A stretch of 64,000 bases of DNA. It comes from an uncultured Gemmatimonadales bacterium. GTDB lineage: Bacteria > Gemmatimonadota > Gemmatimonadetes > Gemmatimonadales > GWC2-71-9. A program made the translations under genes and the position numbers. Below, in pieces: positions 50,664 to 61,308 of the stretch; positions within the stretch are counted from its first letter, which is position 1; each line of letters begins with the position of its first letter. The stretch is from positions 608,001 through 672,000 of the forward strand of contig CAVZZO010000001.1 in assembly GCA_963779755.1 (NCBI GenBank), written 5' to 3'. The notes beneath the pieces are model-generated. The model was not told the DNA's origin, did not search any database, and was given only the letters and a program-made list of their open reading frames with translations.

Positions 50664-52385
50664 TCAGCGTCTGACGCGGGCCGGCGCCGCCGGCCGAATC
50701 CGGTAGAGGTGAAGGCGCCAGAACGACGTCGGGCTTTCGAATACCCCCATCGGGACGAGACCGAGTGCCGGCGCGTTCCTGATCGCCGCCGCCGAAATCA
50801 GGTAGCCAGCGCCCATCTCGCGAAGCGCCCCGGTATTGATCTGCAATTCCTGGATCGGCCGGACGCTGTTCTTCGGCATCAACAGGCTCCGCAGTTCGGA
50901 TGAAAAAACGTAGACCCGGCTTCCCCAGTCGTCGTAGTACTGCCGCAGCCTCGCGCTCCGGGCCAGTTCGCCGGCGATTACCGCCCGGAACCGGTGCTTG
51001 TAGGCGAGCGGGTAGTTGCTCTGGTAGCTGTCCAGCGTGTAGAAGCCGTTGAACTGGGCGATCGCGGGGTGAAGGCCGACCGACACCACCCGGTACTCGG
51101 ACTGGGGCCGGCCGATCGTGGAGTCGATCCGCGCGAACAGCCCGGGGGCGAAGAACTGCCGGAACGTCGGCATGCCCGGGCACGCGAGGCCCACGTTGCA
51201 GACGAACTCGTCGCTTCGGCGGAGGGCATCGGCCGCCACGACGATGCATGTCAGCCCGACCAATGCCAGGCCGGCGCGGCCGTGGCGGCGCAGCGCCCGG
51301 GCCGCCGCCCCGAGCAGGACGAACCAGAGCACCGGAAGCAGCCAATAGAACCGCTCGTGCACCAGCCGGGCGGCCGGTACGATGCGGCCCAGCCGGGGAA
51401 TGACGACCGGCTCATAGACGGCATACGTCACCACGATCAGCAGGATCGCGGCGCCGAGCGCGGTCATCAGGCGGAGGGTCCGGGCCGAGCGGGACCATGC
51501 CGCCGCGATGGCGGCGCAAACGATGATGGGGATAGTCGTGAAGGCCCCGGTGTGATATTGCGTCGCGCTCAGGAGCGACCACGCACGGTTTGCCAGTCCG
51601 TGCAGGCTCGCATCCCGGAACCCCGCCAGCCGGAACTCTACGCGGTGGCTGACGAAGCTTCCGCTGAGGAACCCCTGAATCAGCGGCTCCGCCGTCGCGA
51701 CGTACCCCGCGGCGAGTACCACGCATGCTGCCCAGTATCGCGCGGGGAGCGTGCGTCCGGTCGCGATCCACCACGCACCGAGGAGTCCTGCCGCTACCAC
51801 GATGAACAGGCCCGACAGCACGAGCTGCGAGTAGAAAGGCACGCCGATCAGGATCGCCCAGTCAAACCAGCGGGATCGGTTCTTCCCTATGTTCAACAGC
51901 GCGAAAAGCAACAGGGGCTGGCCGGCCACGGAGAGCCCGTAGAGTGTGTAGAACGGCACGACGGCGAAGGCGGTCGCAAGGAGCAGCGGCTCCGGCCGGT
52001 TCCGTCCCGGGAGTACGTGGCGGCGGAGCAGCAGGTACATGCCGGCGAACGCCGTGAGATGGACCGTGACATAGTTCGCGACGAACGCCCGAAACGGCGG
52101 GAGGGCCGCAAACCACCAGGCCGTCGCGTCGAACCCGGAGCGGAGCGCCCTGCGAGGGAGGCCGTTCATGACCTGCGGCAGGACGGCGTTGCCGTGGAAC
52201 AGCGTGCCGGTCCTCGCGAGCAGGACCAGATAGAGGAATTCGCCGTCCAGTTGATCGTGCACCGTCACCACGGCGTCCCAGCCGCGGAGCAGGAGGGGCA
52301 GCAGGGCCGCCAGCAGCAGGGCCGTACAGGCGATCGCCAGCAGATGGTATGCAGTGCGGGACGGCAGCGCAGCGGGCTTGTCCAT
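50664..52385 (-). CDS. DUF6044/YkoS-like polytopic membrane protein
   Basis: HDQLD, MNGLPR, SHRVEF and [19 protein letters not shown] motifs. Confidence 0.75.
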   Translation of the reverse strand: MDKPAALPSRTAYHLLAIACTALLLAALLPLLLRGWDAVVTVHDQLDGEFLYLVLLARTGTLFHGNAVLPQVMNGLPRRALRSGFDATAWWFAALPPFRAFVANYVTVHLTAFAGMYLLLRRHVLPGRNRPEPLLLATAFAVVPFYTLYGLSVAGQPLLLFALLNIGKNRSRWFDWAILIGVPFYSQLVLSGLFIVVAAGLLGAWWIATGRTLPARYWAACVVLAAGYVATAEPLIQGFLSGSFVSHRVEFRLAGFRDASLHGLANRAWSLLSATQYHTGAFTTIPIIVCAAIAAAWSRSARTLRLMTALGAAILLIVVTYAVYEPVVIPRLGRIVPAARLVHERFYWLLPVLWFVLLGAAARALRRHGRAGLALVGLTCIVVAADALRRSDEFVCNVGLACPGMPTFRQFFAPGLFARIDSTIGRPQSEYRVVSVGLHPAIAQFNGFYTLDSYQSNYPLAYKHRFRAVIAGELARSARLRQYYDDWGSRVYVFSSELRSLLMPKNSVRPIQELQINTGALREMGAGYLISAAAIRNAPALGLVPMGVFESPTSFWRLHLYRIRPAAPARVRR

Positions 52386-52450
52386 GACTTCCTGCTTTTC
52401 CGGGCCTGACGTGACGGGGCCTCAAGAGATGAGGGTCGCCCCCGGTCCGG

Positions 52451-53911
52451 TCATTGGATGTACTGAGCACCAGTTCGTCCCGAAGCGAGCCTCGGTTGAG
52501 CACCGGGATCAAGCACAAGACTCGGGAAGAGCCCGGCGTTGGTGACGGGGTCGACCACGCGGTGCCGCCAGCTTGCTGCGACATCACAATTGGCGGCGCA
52601 TGTCGCCAACGCCAGCCCGCCCGCCTGGCCGGCATAGGCGATAGCCATACGCCCGCCAGGATGACGTGCCTCCGAAACACCAACACCGTTCCCCGACGGA
52701 TCCACCTCTGCGGAGGTCCAACTCGCCGACTGGAGGCAATTGGATTCGCACGTCGCGTAGCGGAGGCCGGACGATCCGCTGTAGTATGCGTGATGCAGCA
52801 CGCCGGAGGCATCGAGTTGGAGGTCGCTCCCCGAGCCTGGCATCGCTTCGGTCGCCAGCGTGACGGACTGCCAATTGGCAGTAGTGGTGCAGCTCGACGA
52901 GCAGGCCGCGTACTTTATCAGGCTAGCACCTGTGCTGCCTGCCTGGCCGCGATATGCTGCGTGCACCTCTCCGGAAGGACTCACGGCGACTGCGACATCC
53001 TGCATGTTGAGGAGCCCCTCCGGCAGCGTACCATTGGTCCAGCCTCCTGGGAGAGTGCAGCCGGTGGCACAGCTGGCGTAGTGGAGTTTGCCGTCGCCCC
53101 AATTCGAGTAGAGAGCATGCGCGGCACCGCCGCTGTCGACTGCGATTGATGCGAACATGCCGCTCCTGGAGCCTGAGTCTACTACGGTATGGAACCAGTT
53201 TGCCGCCAGACCGCAGTTCGCGGAACAGGTGGCATATCGGAGGTCTGTGCTGGCGTCCGCGGAGTAGACGACGTGGAGGCGTCGAGACTGATCAAGGACG
53301 GCGCTGACGGCATTGCCCGCGGCAGAATCGTCGATGATCAGCGTCTGCCAGGAATCGGGCGCACCGCAAGCGGTGGTGCAGGTGCTGTAGTAGAGTATCC
53401 CCCCGGTTGGATCAAGCGTTACGAGGTGAGCCCGCCCGGCACCGTCCAGTACCAGACGCTGAATCGCAGCTTGGGAGAGGGGTACGATTGATATCGGGCT
53501 GGAGGTTCTCGTCGTGAAGCTGCTCTGGAACCCAGTGAGTGGCGTGCCCGTGGTTGCTCTGATGGCGGCGGTAGCCGACACTTCGTAAGTCGTTCCAGGA
53601 AGGAGGGGGGCATCGAGTGTGACGGACCGCCGACCATCGGCCACGTTGAGGGCGGTGGGGAGCGCGTTCCCCGCTTGAGTGATGGCCAGGCTCGAGCTGG
53701 TCACCGTGGTTGGGTCCAGAGAATCGCTGAAATAGACCGTGATTGTCGGCCAGAGTGCTGCGACGGTGCCGGGTGTGGGGCGGACGGAATCGACAGTGAG
53801 TGTTCCGCCGCTGGGGGGAGAGGGAGGAGCGGTACCGCTGTCGCCGCAGGCTGCCAGGAGAATCGCAAGCACTGCCAGCCCGACGCCGTACTCTATCGCA
53901 GCGGATCGCAA
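52451..53911 (-). CDS. Lipoprotein with Ig-like (Big_5) domain and about 5 'Y-A-T-C-xxx-C...W' repeats
   Basis: LAAC lipobox; FSDSLDPTTV; repeated LRYATCSANC/YASCATGC; TTG start after GGAGG; more A/T at third codon positions than neighbours. Confidence 0.75.
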   Translation of the reverse strand: MRSAAIEYGVGLAVLAILLAACGDSGTAPPSPPSGGTLTVDSVRPTPGTVAALWPTITVYFSDSLDPTTVTSSSLAITQAGNALPTALNVADGRRSVTLDAPLLPGTTYEVSATAAIRATTGTPLTGFQSSFTTRTSSPISIVPLSQAAIQRLVLDGAGRAHLVTLDPTGGILYYSTCTTACGAPDSWQTLIIDDSAAGNAVSAVLDQSRRLHVVYSADASTDLRYATCSANCGLAANWFHTVVDSGSRSGMFASIAVDSGGAAHALYSNWGDGKLHYASCATGCTLPGGWTNGTLPEGLLNMQDVAVAVSPSGEVHAAYRGQAGSTGASLIKYAACSSSCTTTANWQSVTLATEAMPGSGSDLQLDASGVLHHAYYSGSSGLRYATCESNCLQSASWTSAEVDPSGNGVGVSEARHPGGRMAIAYAGQAGGLALATCAANCDVAASWRHRVVDPVTNAGLFPSLVLDPGAQPRLASGRTGAQYIQ

Positions 53912-53953
53912 TGGTTACCTCCAGGAAGTCCGTTCTGGAGAACGGGTAGGCCC

Positions 53954-54046
53954 GCCGAACGTCATCAGCATCAGTTGCGAGACGCTCACGCGTACCGAAA
54001 TTGTAGTGGCAGAGTGGCGCCTCGATAACTGCATCCGATGGTCAGC
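53954..54046 (-). mobile_element. attC-like site between the YdeI-like gene and the lipoprotein gene
   Basis: Minus strand GCTGACCatcggATGCAGTT...AACTGATgctgatgacGTTCGGC; ATGCAG/CTGAT gives the extrahelical G; begins about 10 nt after the stop codon. Confidence 0.6.
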
Positions 54047-54056
54047 CAGCATCTCG

Positions 54057-54620
54057 CTAACGCCTCTCCAGGTACCCTCTGCCTTCGAATATCGCCGCTA
54101 TCGCCTTTTCGATTCGTGCTACCCGCGTCGCCGACTGCTTGGCCGCGGCGAAGTGATAGAGGTAGCTCCTCTGCCGTCCCGGCGTCAGCGCCTCGAAGGC
54201 GCGCTTGAAACGCGGGTCCCTTCGGAACCGCTCGGTCAGTTCCTCGGGAACCGGAAAATCCGAGGTCTCCTTCCGCTCCATGCGCAGCCCGGCCTTCTCG
54301 ACTGCGATGGCCTGGCGCACGTAGGCCTTGATGGTCGCCGCCTTCGCCGTGATGTCCTTCGCGCTAGTGAACTTCATCACCCGCCCGGCGTGCACCTGAC
54401 CGAGCTGCACCAGCACCTTCTTGGGGTCCTTCAGCAGGGCGCCTTGAAAGAAGCCCAACCCGAGGTACTCCTTGAAGCCCTGTATGATGACGATGTTCTT
54501 CCCATCCACCGTGTAGGTGGGTTTACCCCACTTACACTCCTCTTTCATCGCAAGGCCGGCGAGCACCCGCCGCATCTCGGCAATCTCCGCCTCCCACCGC
54601 TCTCGATATGCCATCTTCAT
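54057..54620 (-). CDS. YdeI/OmpD-associated family protein
   Basis: KWGKPTY, FFQGALLKDP and AFEALTPGRQRSY...AKQSATR motifs. Confidence 0.9.
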   Translation of the reverse strand: MKMAYRERWEAEIAEMRRVLAGLAMKEECKWGKPTYTVDGKNIVIIQGFKEYLGLGFFQGALLKDPKKVLVQLGQVHAGRVMKFTSAKDITAKAATIKAYVRQAIAVEKAGLRMERKETSDFPVPEELTERFRRDPRFKRAFEALTPGRQRSYLYHFAAAKQSATRVARIEKAIAAIFEGRGYLERR

Positions 54621-54810
54621 GCCAGCACCTCTTCCGGTAGCTTGGACAGCTTTATCGCCCTCGCGCTTTCCCATGGCCATGTCCGCATCGTGCACAACCC
54701 GAGATCCGTCGTCGATCGTGATCGGGGATGCAGGCATTCCCGACTTACACCACGGGCTGAGGAGAGCGGCCGCTCTGTTTGCTGCGCGCATGAGTGTCGA
54801 CTCGCCGTCT

Positions 54811-54930
54811 GGCTAACGGCCTGCGTTTCAGCCGCGGCGGCGCCGGAGCCCACCACCGCCGGCACGGCGCCTTGGCCGCCGGCCCCGGCACCTGGGCGGC
54901 GCGGGGTGGGGCTCAAAGCCCGGGTCCGCC
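54811..54930 (-). mobile_element. Degenerate attC-like site
   Basis: Minus strand right half ccgcgGCTGAAacgcaggccGTTAGCC is intact; left half decayed (gcggacccgggctttgagcc). Confidence 0.5.
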
Positions 54931-55338
54931 GCGGGCGTCGTTTCCGGTCCGATTCGCGCCCCCCGCCAGCAGCGGAGGCCGGCCGGCCGGAGCTTTTGGT
55001 GAGCTTACTGCGGGGAGCCTGGGGTCGCTAGAGGGAAGCTGGCCCGGGGCAAAAACCTGGAGGCCGTTCCGGAGTCTCCCAAGAATCGGCGCGCGGAACC
55101 CGGTGGCTCGTGTGGCTAACAGGTATTGGACCTGCGTACCCATCCCACTGAACCGCCGACCGACTAGAAATTATCTTACGGTCCGCAGCCTGATTCCACA
55201 ACATCGCCGCGGAGGCTCGCCCAGGAGATCTGCCGGGCTCCGAAGCGGCCGAAACTGAAGGCACGGTTCCGGCTCCTTCGCTCCGTTCAGGATGACAGCC
55301 CGTGCATCTTCCCGCCTTCCCGCACGACTAGCCCGCAC

Positions 55339-57459
55339 TCATGGACGGTAGGCCCGCTCGATGTGCCCCTGGAGTTCGGCCAGCGTCATCCAGGCTGGCC
55401 GCATTTCCCCGCGGGCGAACATCGGGGCCTGATCCCTGAAGTGGGGCGAGCCGGGATGGCCGGATGCGCCGAAGACATGGACGGCACGGGCGCGCACCGG
55501 CCTGCCCAGCTCGACCACGCTGATGTAGCTGGCCCCGGCCACGCCGAATGACTGCCGCCCTTCGCCGGCCGGCTTGGTGTACATGGTGAAGATGGCGCCG
55601 TAGTCTCCCGGGACCGCCGGTACCGCCACGCTGGGGCGGTCGTCCCGGAAGTCGGCCAGGGTGTCGAGGTCGTTGATGCGCTGGAGCCGGGTGATCCGTC
55701 CCCACGGTACCTGCCACGTGCCCCGGGTGCGTGCCAGGCCGGCCAGCGCCGAATCGAGGGCCGCAACCTGGTATGCCGGATCGTCCTGTTGCGACCCCGG
55801 GAGGTCCCCGATGGCCCGGATCCAGTAGACGAACAGGGTGGTGGCCACCGAGGCAGTGTCGGCCCGGTGATCCCAGGCCGCCAGCAGTTCCAGCGCCGCT
55901 CGGCGCGCCGCTGGCCCGCCGTCCTGGCGGCGCGCCTCGCTCAGCAGCGGCTCCAGCACTCCGTCGGCCAGGCTCAACCGGGTATCGAACGCGGCACGGT
56001 TCCAGGCCTCCCAGGTGAACGACGAGTCTGCCGCCAGGAGGCGCCGAGCGGCCAGGCCGCGGGGGTTGTCGCCCTCGGGCACCATGTAGGGCGGGAACGT
56101 TGAGGAATCGGGGTTGCCCCGGTCGGTGAGCAGGAAGGGCGTGGTGTTGTTGTTCTGCATCCAGCCTGAGGGCGGGTCGAGCAGCTGGGGCAGCTCGTCG
56201 ATGCCGTGGTAGCCCCGCCACTCGGTGGCCGGGTCGGACCCGTCCACCGGGCGCTGCCAGTCGAAGCGGGGATCGCGCCTGGGCACGGCGCCGTTGTAGA
56301 GGTACCAGATGTGTCCCGCGGTATCGGCTCCCATCACGTTGCCGAACAGCATGGCGAGCGGCGCCATGGCCTGCCGCAGCTCCGCCATGCTCCGCGCCCG
56401 GGTCATCCGGTACCACTCCGCCAGCCACCCCGGTTCATCGAAGCGCGCCATCCGGAGCGCCAGGGGATGGCCGTTGCGCACCGCGACCAGGGGACCGTGA
56501 TGGGTGCGCCGGAAGGTCACCACCCGGGGCACCAGGCCGTGACCGATCCGTACCAGCAGAGTATCCCGCCATTCGATGGCGGTGCGATGTTCCCTGTCGT
56601 AGCGGTAGCGCAGCGGGTAGCGCGGGTCGTCGAAGGTCTCCGACCAGAGATCGGCCTGGTCGGCGGCGTTGTCGGTGCTCACCCAGCCGATCGCCTCGCT
56701 GTGCCCCACGTAGGGGAAGGGAAACCCGAACCGGGTATAGCCGGTGAAGTTCCAGCCGCTGGCGCTGCGGACCTGGCCCTCGTAGACCTGGCCCGGGCCG
56801 AAGTAGGGCAGGTGCGGGTTGATGAGCAGCATCGCGTGGCCGGTGGCACTCCGGGAGGGCGCGATGACGAACCCGTTGGAGCCGGTGTTGCGGCGGAGGG
56901 CGGTGTCGCGGGCGACGGCCAGCTCACTCTGGCGCAGGCCGGCGGCGTAGACGAACCCGGTCTGGTAGTAGAGGTAGCGGATCAGGGCCAGCGGATACCA
57001 GGGCTCGATGCGATGCAGGAGGCGTGGAGCCTCGGGGTGCTGCTGCAGCCAGCGGTTGATGCCGGCGGCGAAGCCGTCCACCAGCGCCCGCTCATGCGGG
57101 GCCAGCCTGCGATACTCGGCCTGGGCCGTCTGCGGAACGCGCAGCAGGTGGTTCAACCGGTCGTCGGCGAAGCCGGCCCCGCCGTCCACCTCCGCCCGGC
57201 GACCGATGGCCCGGATGTAGTTGTCCTCCAGCCGGGCGAAGTTGTCCTCGGCCTGGGCATAGCCGAAGCCGAATGTCGCCGCCTCATCGGACTCCCCGAA
57301 GACGTGCGGGACGCCGTAGCTGTCGCGATAGATGGTGACGCTGTCGGCGAGGGTGCGGCCTTCACCGCCGGCGGGCGCCGCGCCGGTGGCCCATACTCCG
57401 AGGAAGAGGAGCAGGGTGACGGGGATCGGTCGTGCGAACGCGGGGCGGGAATGATCCAT
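55339..57459 (-). CDS. Penicillin acylase / AHL acylase family Ntn-hydrolase
   Basis: RDSYGVPHV, GYAQAEDN, GSN (beta-chain Ser), NPH and QNNN.TP motifs. Confidence 0.92.
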   Translation of the reverse strand: MDHSRPAFARPIPVTLLLFLGVWATGAAPAGGEGRTLADSVTIYRDSYGVPHVFGESDEAATFGFGYAQAEDNFARLEDNYIRAIGRRAEVDGGAGFADDRLNHLLRVPQTAQAEYRRLAPHERALVDGFAAGINRWLQQHPEAPRLLHRIEPWYPLALIRYLYYQTGFVYAAGLRQSELAVARDTALRRNTGSNGFVIAPSRSATGHAMLLINPHLPYFGPGQVYEGQVRSASGWNFTGYTRFGFPFPYVGHSEAIGWVSTDNAADQADLWSETFDDPRYPLRYRYDREHRTAIEWRDTLLVRIGHGLVPRVVTFRRTHHGPLVAVRNGHPLALRMARFDEPGWLAEWYRMTRARSMAELRQAMAPLAMLFGNVMGADTAGHIWYLYNGAVPRRDPRFDWQRPVDGSDPATEWRGYHGIDELPQLLDPPSGWMQNNNTTPFLLTDRGNPDSSTFPPYMVPEGDNPRGLAARRLLAADSSFTWEAWNRAAFDTRLSLADGVLEPLLSEARRQDGGPAARRAALELLAAWDHRADTASVATTLFVYWIRAIGDLPGSQQDDPAYQVAALDSALAGLARTRGTWQVPWGRITRLQRINDLDTLADFRDDRPSVAVPAVPGDYGAIFTMYTKPAGEGRQSFGVAGASYISVVELGRPVRARAVHVFGASGHPGSPHFRDQAPMFARGEMRPAWMTLAELQGHIERAYRP

Positions 57460-57522
57460 AGCGGAATACCCCGAGGGAAGGCGGATGGGTCGGGAGGATC
57501 ATAACACAGACTGGAGCGGTCC

Positions 57523-57839
57523 GTCATTGGCGAGGGCGCTGAGCGCCCGAGGCAATCCCCCGGCCTCCTGACGTCCCATCATCAGGGATCCACAGATTAC
57601 GCAGATTGACTCCGATTGCCGGCACGGCTCCTTGGGTTGTCCCCGTCCCCCCAACAAACAGAATTCTGTTTTCTTCCGGGTGCCCGGCAAAGCTTGGCGG
57701 AGGCTACGGGTCACCGGAGCATCATCTGTGTAATCTGTGTAATCTGTGGATCCCTGATAAGAGCCATCCGCGCGCCCGGGCTCCTGGCGCAACCCAACTG
57801 ACCTAACCCCCTGTCCCCTTCCCTGTTGGGAAGGGGGAA
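57523..57839. repeat. Stacked REP-like elements of three families
   Basis: GTCATTGGCGAG...GCAATC; ATCAGGGATCCACAGATTAC...GTAATCTGTGGATCCCTGAT; CCCCTTCCC...GGGAAGGGG. Confidence 0.8.
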
Positions 57840-57894
57840 CCGGCGCCGGAAACCCCGTCGTCCCAACCCGCGAGCGGGTGAGGGCCGCCGGTCG

Positions 57895-58737
57895 CTAGGC
57901 CTTCGGGCCTGCCAGACCCTGGGTTCGGAGCCAGTGATAGAACTCCTCGATCCAATAGTCGCTGCTGGTACCCTGGTGACGCATCCCGAACCCGTGACCG
58001 CCCGAGCGAAAGATGTGGACCTCCGGGTTGGCGCCGGCGGCCTCCAGCGCCGTCAGGAACCGGCGGACCGGCTCGAGGGCGACGCGGTCATCCTGAGCCC
58101 AGGCAAGGAAAAGGGGCGGCAGGTGAGCCGGGATCGCCGGCATGACCCCGAACGGGGCCCCGTACAGGAGGGCGGCGAACCTCGGGCGAGCCGCGGAATC
58201 CGGTTGGAGCACCGCGGCGCTGGCTACCATGGCCCCAGCCGAGAAACCAAGGAACCCGATGCGATCCGGGTCGACGCCCCAGGCGGCGGCATGGGCCCGC
58301 ACTACCTTGAGGGCCTGGATGCCGTCCGCGATGCCATACCGGCCGGCCGTGTCCATGTCCATCGTTGGGATGCCGGACTCCCGCTTCTCGACGGTGCGGT
58401 ACTTCAGGACGAAGGCCGCGATGCCACGGGCCTGGAGCCAGCGGGCCACGTCGCGGCCCTCGAGGTCGATCGCCAGAGCCACAAAGGCGCCGCCGGGGGC
58501 CACGATCACCCCGGTGCCGGTCGCCTGGCTGCGCGGGGGGAGGTAGGCCGTCACGGTCGGGGTCACCACGTTGAGGATCACGGTGCCGAGCGGGGTATGC
58601 TCGAGGGTGACCTCGCGCTGAGTCCAGTGCTCGGATCCGGGGGGGATGCCGGGCCAGAGATTGACGACCTGGGCGGAGGCGAGCGCGGGGCTGAGGAGCA
58701 GGGCCGCGGCCACAAGCGGAAGACGGATGCTGGTCAT
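57895..58737 (-). CDS. Secreted alpha/beta hydrolase (esterase-like)
   Basis: APGGAF, FVLKYR, GFSAG and GGHGFG motifs. Confidence 0.88.
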   Translation of the reverse strand: MTSIRLPLVAAALLLSPALASAQVVNLWPGIPPGSEHWTQREVTLEHTPLGTVILNVVTPTVTAYLPPRSQATGTGVIVAPGGAFVALAIDLEGRDVARWLQARGIAAFVLKYRTVEKRESGIPTMDMDTAGRYGIADGIQALKVVRAHAAAWGVDPDRIGFLGFSAGAMVASAAVLQPDSAARPRFAALLYGAPFGVMPAIPAHLPPLFLAWAQDDRVALEPVRRFLTALEAAGANPEVHIFRSGGHGFGMRHQGTSSDYWIEEFYHWLRTQGLAGPKA

Positions 58738-58871
58738 CGGGTTGTCGAGTCTGGCAGCAGGAGTGCGGGTGGGGACGGCATTCACGCGGGTGCAGCAGGT
58801 GCGTGCAATAGTCGCGAGGTTGCGTACTCGCCTGCGCTGCCGCCAGTCCAACCTGGGCCTCGAGTGGCCGA

Positions 58872-59930
58872 TCATTCGCAGAGGTGAAGCCGGGATCGGC
58901 CGGTTTGGCGGTCTGATGAGGGAGCGTCCAGGCAGTACCGCTGCAAGTCCTCGCTGCCGAACACGGGACCCGGGAAATACTTCGCCACGCCCGCCACATA
59001 GGTAGCGGGATCGGTCGGATACCAGTGGTACAGCAGGACGGCCTTCACGCCGGCGTTGGCCGCCATCTGACCCACCTCCCTGATGTCCAGGTGCTCCTTG
59101 GTCATGTGGGCCTCGAAGGTGTTCCGGCGCGCCGGCGACCAGTGATTCTTTTGCGCCATGCTATCGACAAACTCACCGATGGCCACGGAGTTCTGCACCT
59201 CTGACACGAGCACGTCGGCGCCTCCGGCGAGGCGGGTGACCGCCTCGCTCGGTCCGGTGTCGCCGGTGAACACGATCGTGCCGTGCGGCGTCTCGAACCG
59301 GTAGGCGTATGACTTCATAGTCGCGCGCGAGCTCTCGGGCATCAGGGCGTAGTGCGTATTTTCTACCGCAACGACTCTGATCCTGTCGTCCTGGTAGACG
59401 ACACCCTCGCCGATCTCGTGCACCGCGAACGGGCTCGTTGCCGGCACGCCGCCTCTGGGTCCGCCGCCCTCGGCGGCGAAGACAGCGTACGGGATGCTTA
59501 TGTACCGGTACGCCGCGTCGACCAGCGCCTTCGTCTGCGGCGGGCCGTAGACGTTGATGGTGTGCGCCGCGTCGGCCGCGTCCTTCCGCTGAAAGTCGTT
59601 CGCGAGGACATCCGCCAGTCCGAGCGTGTGATCCGCGTGCAGGTGCGTGAAGAAGATGGTGCCGATCGTCTCCGAGGCGATGCCGGCCTTCACCAGTCGT
59701 CGCGCGGTGCCGATACCGCAGTCGATCAGATAGCGCCGACCATCGACTATGAGCAGCGTGGCCGGCTCGGACCGGTCCGCCCGCAGCGGCGGCCCCGCGG
59801 CGGTACCGAGGAAGAGGATTTGTGTCCCCGGCGGCTGGTCCGGCGCCAGCCGTTGTCCCGGCAAGGCGCCCGGAGCAAGAACGAACGAGAGAGCGGCGAT
59901 TGCGCCCACGCATCGCGTTCCCGTGGTCAT
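58872..59930 (-). CDS. Secreted MBL-fold hydrolase (RNase Z/arylsulfatase-like)
   Basis: LGTAAGP, DCG.G, THLHADH and FTGDTG motifs; signal peptide. Confidence 0.88.
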   Translation of the reverse strand: MTTGTRCVGAIAALSFVLAPGALPGQRLAPDQPPGTQILFLGTAAGPPLRADRSEPATLLIVDGRRYLIDCGIGTARRLVKAGIASETIGTIFFTHLHADHTLGLADVLANDFQRKDAADAAHTINVYGPPQTKALVDAAYRYISIPYAVFAAEGGGPRGGVPATSPFAVHEIGEGVVYQDDRIRVVAVENTHYALMPESSRATMKSYAYRFETPHGTIVFTGDTGPSEAVTRLAGGADVLVSEVQNSVAIGEFVDSMAQKNHWSPARRNTFEAHMTKEHLDIREVGQMAANAGVKAVLLYHWYPTDPATYVAGVAKYFPGPVFGSEDLQRYCLDAPSSDRQTGRSRLHLCE

Positions 59931-59969
59931 GAATGCCTCCGCGAGGGGCGGTTCAAGCTGCCAGACCGA

Positions 59970-60124
59970 AACTGCCAATCCACGTCGTCACGGCTGCACA
60001 GTTACCGGTGCAGGCTGCGGTCTCGTCGGTGATGCGGATTGTTGGTGAAGCCCAGGGCCTCGTAGAAGGACCCGGACCTCGGCAGGTCTCTCACCGGCAG
60101 GTTCACGAAAATCATCCTGGTCAT
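59970..60124 (-). pseudogene. Collapsed VOC/glyoxalase gene
   Basis: MTRMIFVNLPVRDL..S..FYEALGFTNNP, frameshift, TDETAAC, then a SRDDVD scrap. Confidence 0.72.
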
Positions 60125-60301
60125 CTCAAGTCTCCCTTTGGTGCGGCAAGCTCCACGGTCACCGTGCCAAAGATAGGAATATGACGGGGCGAGTGCATTG
60201 GCGCCCATGGTGCCGGTGCAGGCGCTGGCCGCCGGCCAGGCGTCGCGCATCCGCGAGTGGTGTGCTCGCACCGCCGCTGCTTCCCGACACCGTGGTATCA
60301 G

Positions 60302-60631
60302 TCAGGCCCGTCCCCCGGCCACCAGCACCTCACGCCAGAAGCCAAACTCCGCCGGCTCGTCCAGAAAGTCGGCCGCGGTCTTGAGGAATGCCTGCTGGTA
60401 AGGCGTCTGCATGTGGGGGCCGCTGAAGACCTCCTCGCTTTCCCATTGTTCGATGATCAGGAGACGGGTGGGGTTCCGCGGATCTTCGTGGACCCGGATG
60501 CCGTGGCACGCCGGCTCACGCTCGATCACGATCCGGATCACTGCTTCCAGCTCGCGCCGCGCCACCGCCAGCTTCCCGGGCTTGATGACGCAGGTAATGA
60601 CCACGGTGACCGGCCCGGCGTTGCGGTTCAT
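60302..60631 (-). CDS. Antibiotic biosynthesis monooxygenase (ABM) family protein
   Basis: IKPGK, EPAC and IEQWESEE...HMQTPY motifs. Confidence 0.82.
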   Translation of the reverse strand: MNRNAGPVTVVITCVIKPGKLAVARRELEAVIRIVIEREPACHGIRVHEDPRNPTRLLIIEQWESEEVFSGPHMQTPYQQAFLKTAADFLDEPAEFGFWREVLVAGGRA

Positions 60632-60695
60632 CGCCCCTCCCGTTGGTGTCCGTTGCTGCGACCGGCTGGCTCCCGTCCCCCCGCGCGGGCGTCCC

Positions 60696-61157
60696 TCACT
60701 CCACCCGGGTATACGTCAGCTCCAGATCCTGCTCCCACGTGACATCGTCCTTCGACAACTCGCTCACCCCCCGGAGGGTATCGCCCTCCGGAGCCATGGC
60801 CAGAGTAACGCGCTGCGAAAACCCGGGCGCCGTGCGCCACCACCGCATGACGCCGCCGTCCATCACAACCTCATACCGCCGCGAGAGTCCCCGCGCGTCG
60901 AAGTACAGCATGGTGAACCGCTCGCTCGCATCATCACTGCCAACAAGGGCGATCCCGGGCGGGATACGCGGTTCCTCCATCTCCGAACGAATTCGCAGGA
61001 AGGCGCCCCCATCATGCCAGTCGAAGACCGTCCGGCCGCGCAGCTCGACCCCCGGCAGCATCGAGTGGCGCCCCGCCGTCGACCATTCGCCGATCAATGG
61101 CGCGAACACGGCGAGGCGAGGATTGGGGATCATGGCGGCACTGGCAAACTGCGACAC
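60696..61157 (-). CDS. Conserved hypothetical beta-barrel protein (DUF1579-like)
   Basis: PLIGEW, YFDARGLSR.Y and S.D.VTWEQD..LTYTR motifs; GGAGG before GTG. Confidence 0.72.
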   Translation of the reverse strand: MSQFASAAMIPNPRLAVFAPLIGEWSTAGRHSMLPGVELRGRTVFDWHDGGAFLRIRSEMEEPRIPPGIALVGSDDASERFTMLYFDARGLSRRYEVVMDGGVMRWWRTAPGFSQRVTLAMAPEGDTLRGVSELSKDDVTWEQDLELTYTRVE

Positions 61158-61308
61158 GAGTCCTCCGGAGGTGCGAGAGGCGGCGGGCCGGGGCCGGACA
61201 GGACGGCCTGTCAGCCCGCGCCGGCGGCCCTACGGCGTGAGATCAAGCGCGGAAAACGGGTGGTCGGGCGGCAGCGGCGACCAAGGGCGGCGTCGAACTC
61301 CAGGAACT

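Noticed and set aside
58790..58870. Possible attC remnant between the MBL and hydrolase genes
   Set aside because: No recognisable core boxes
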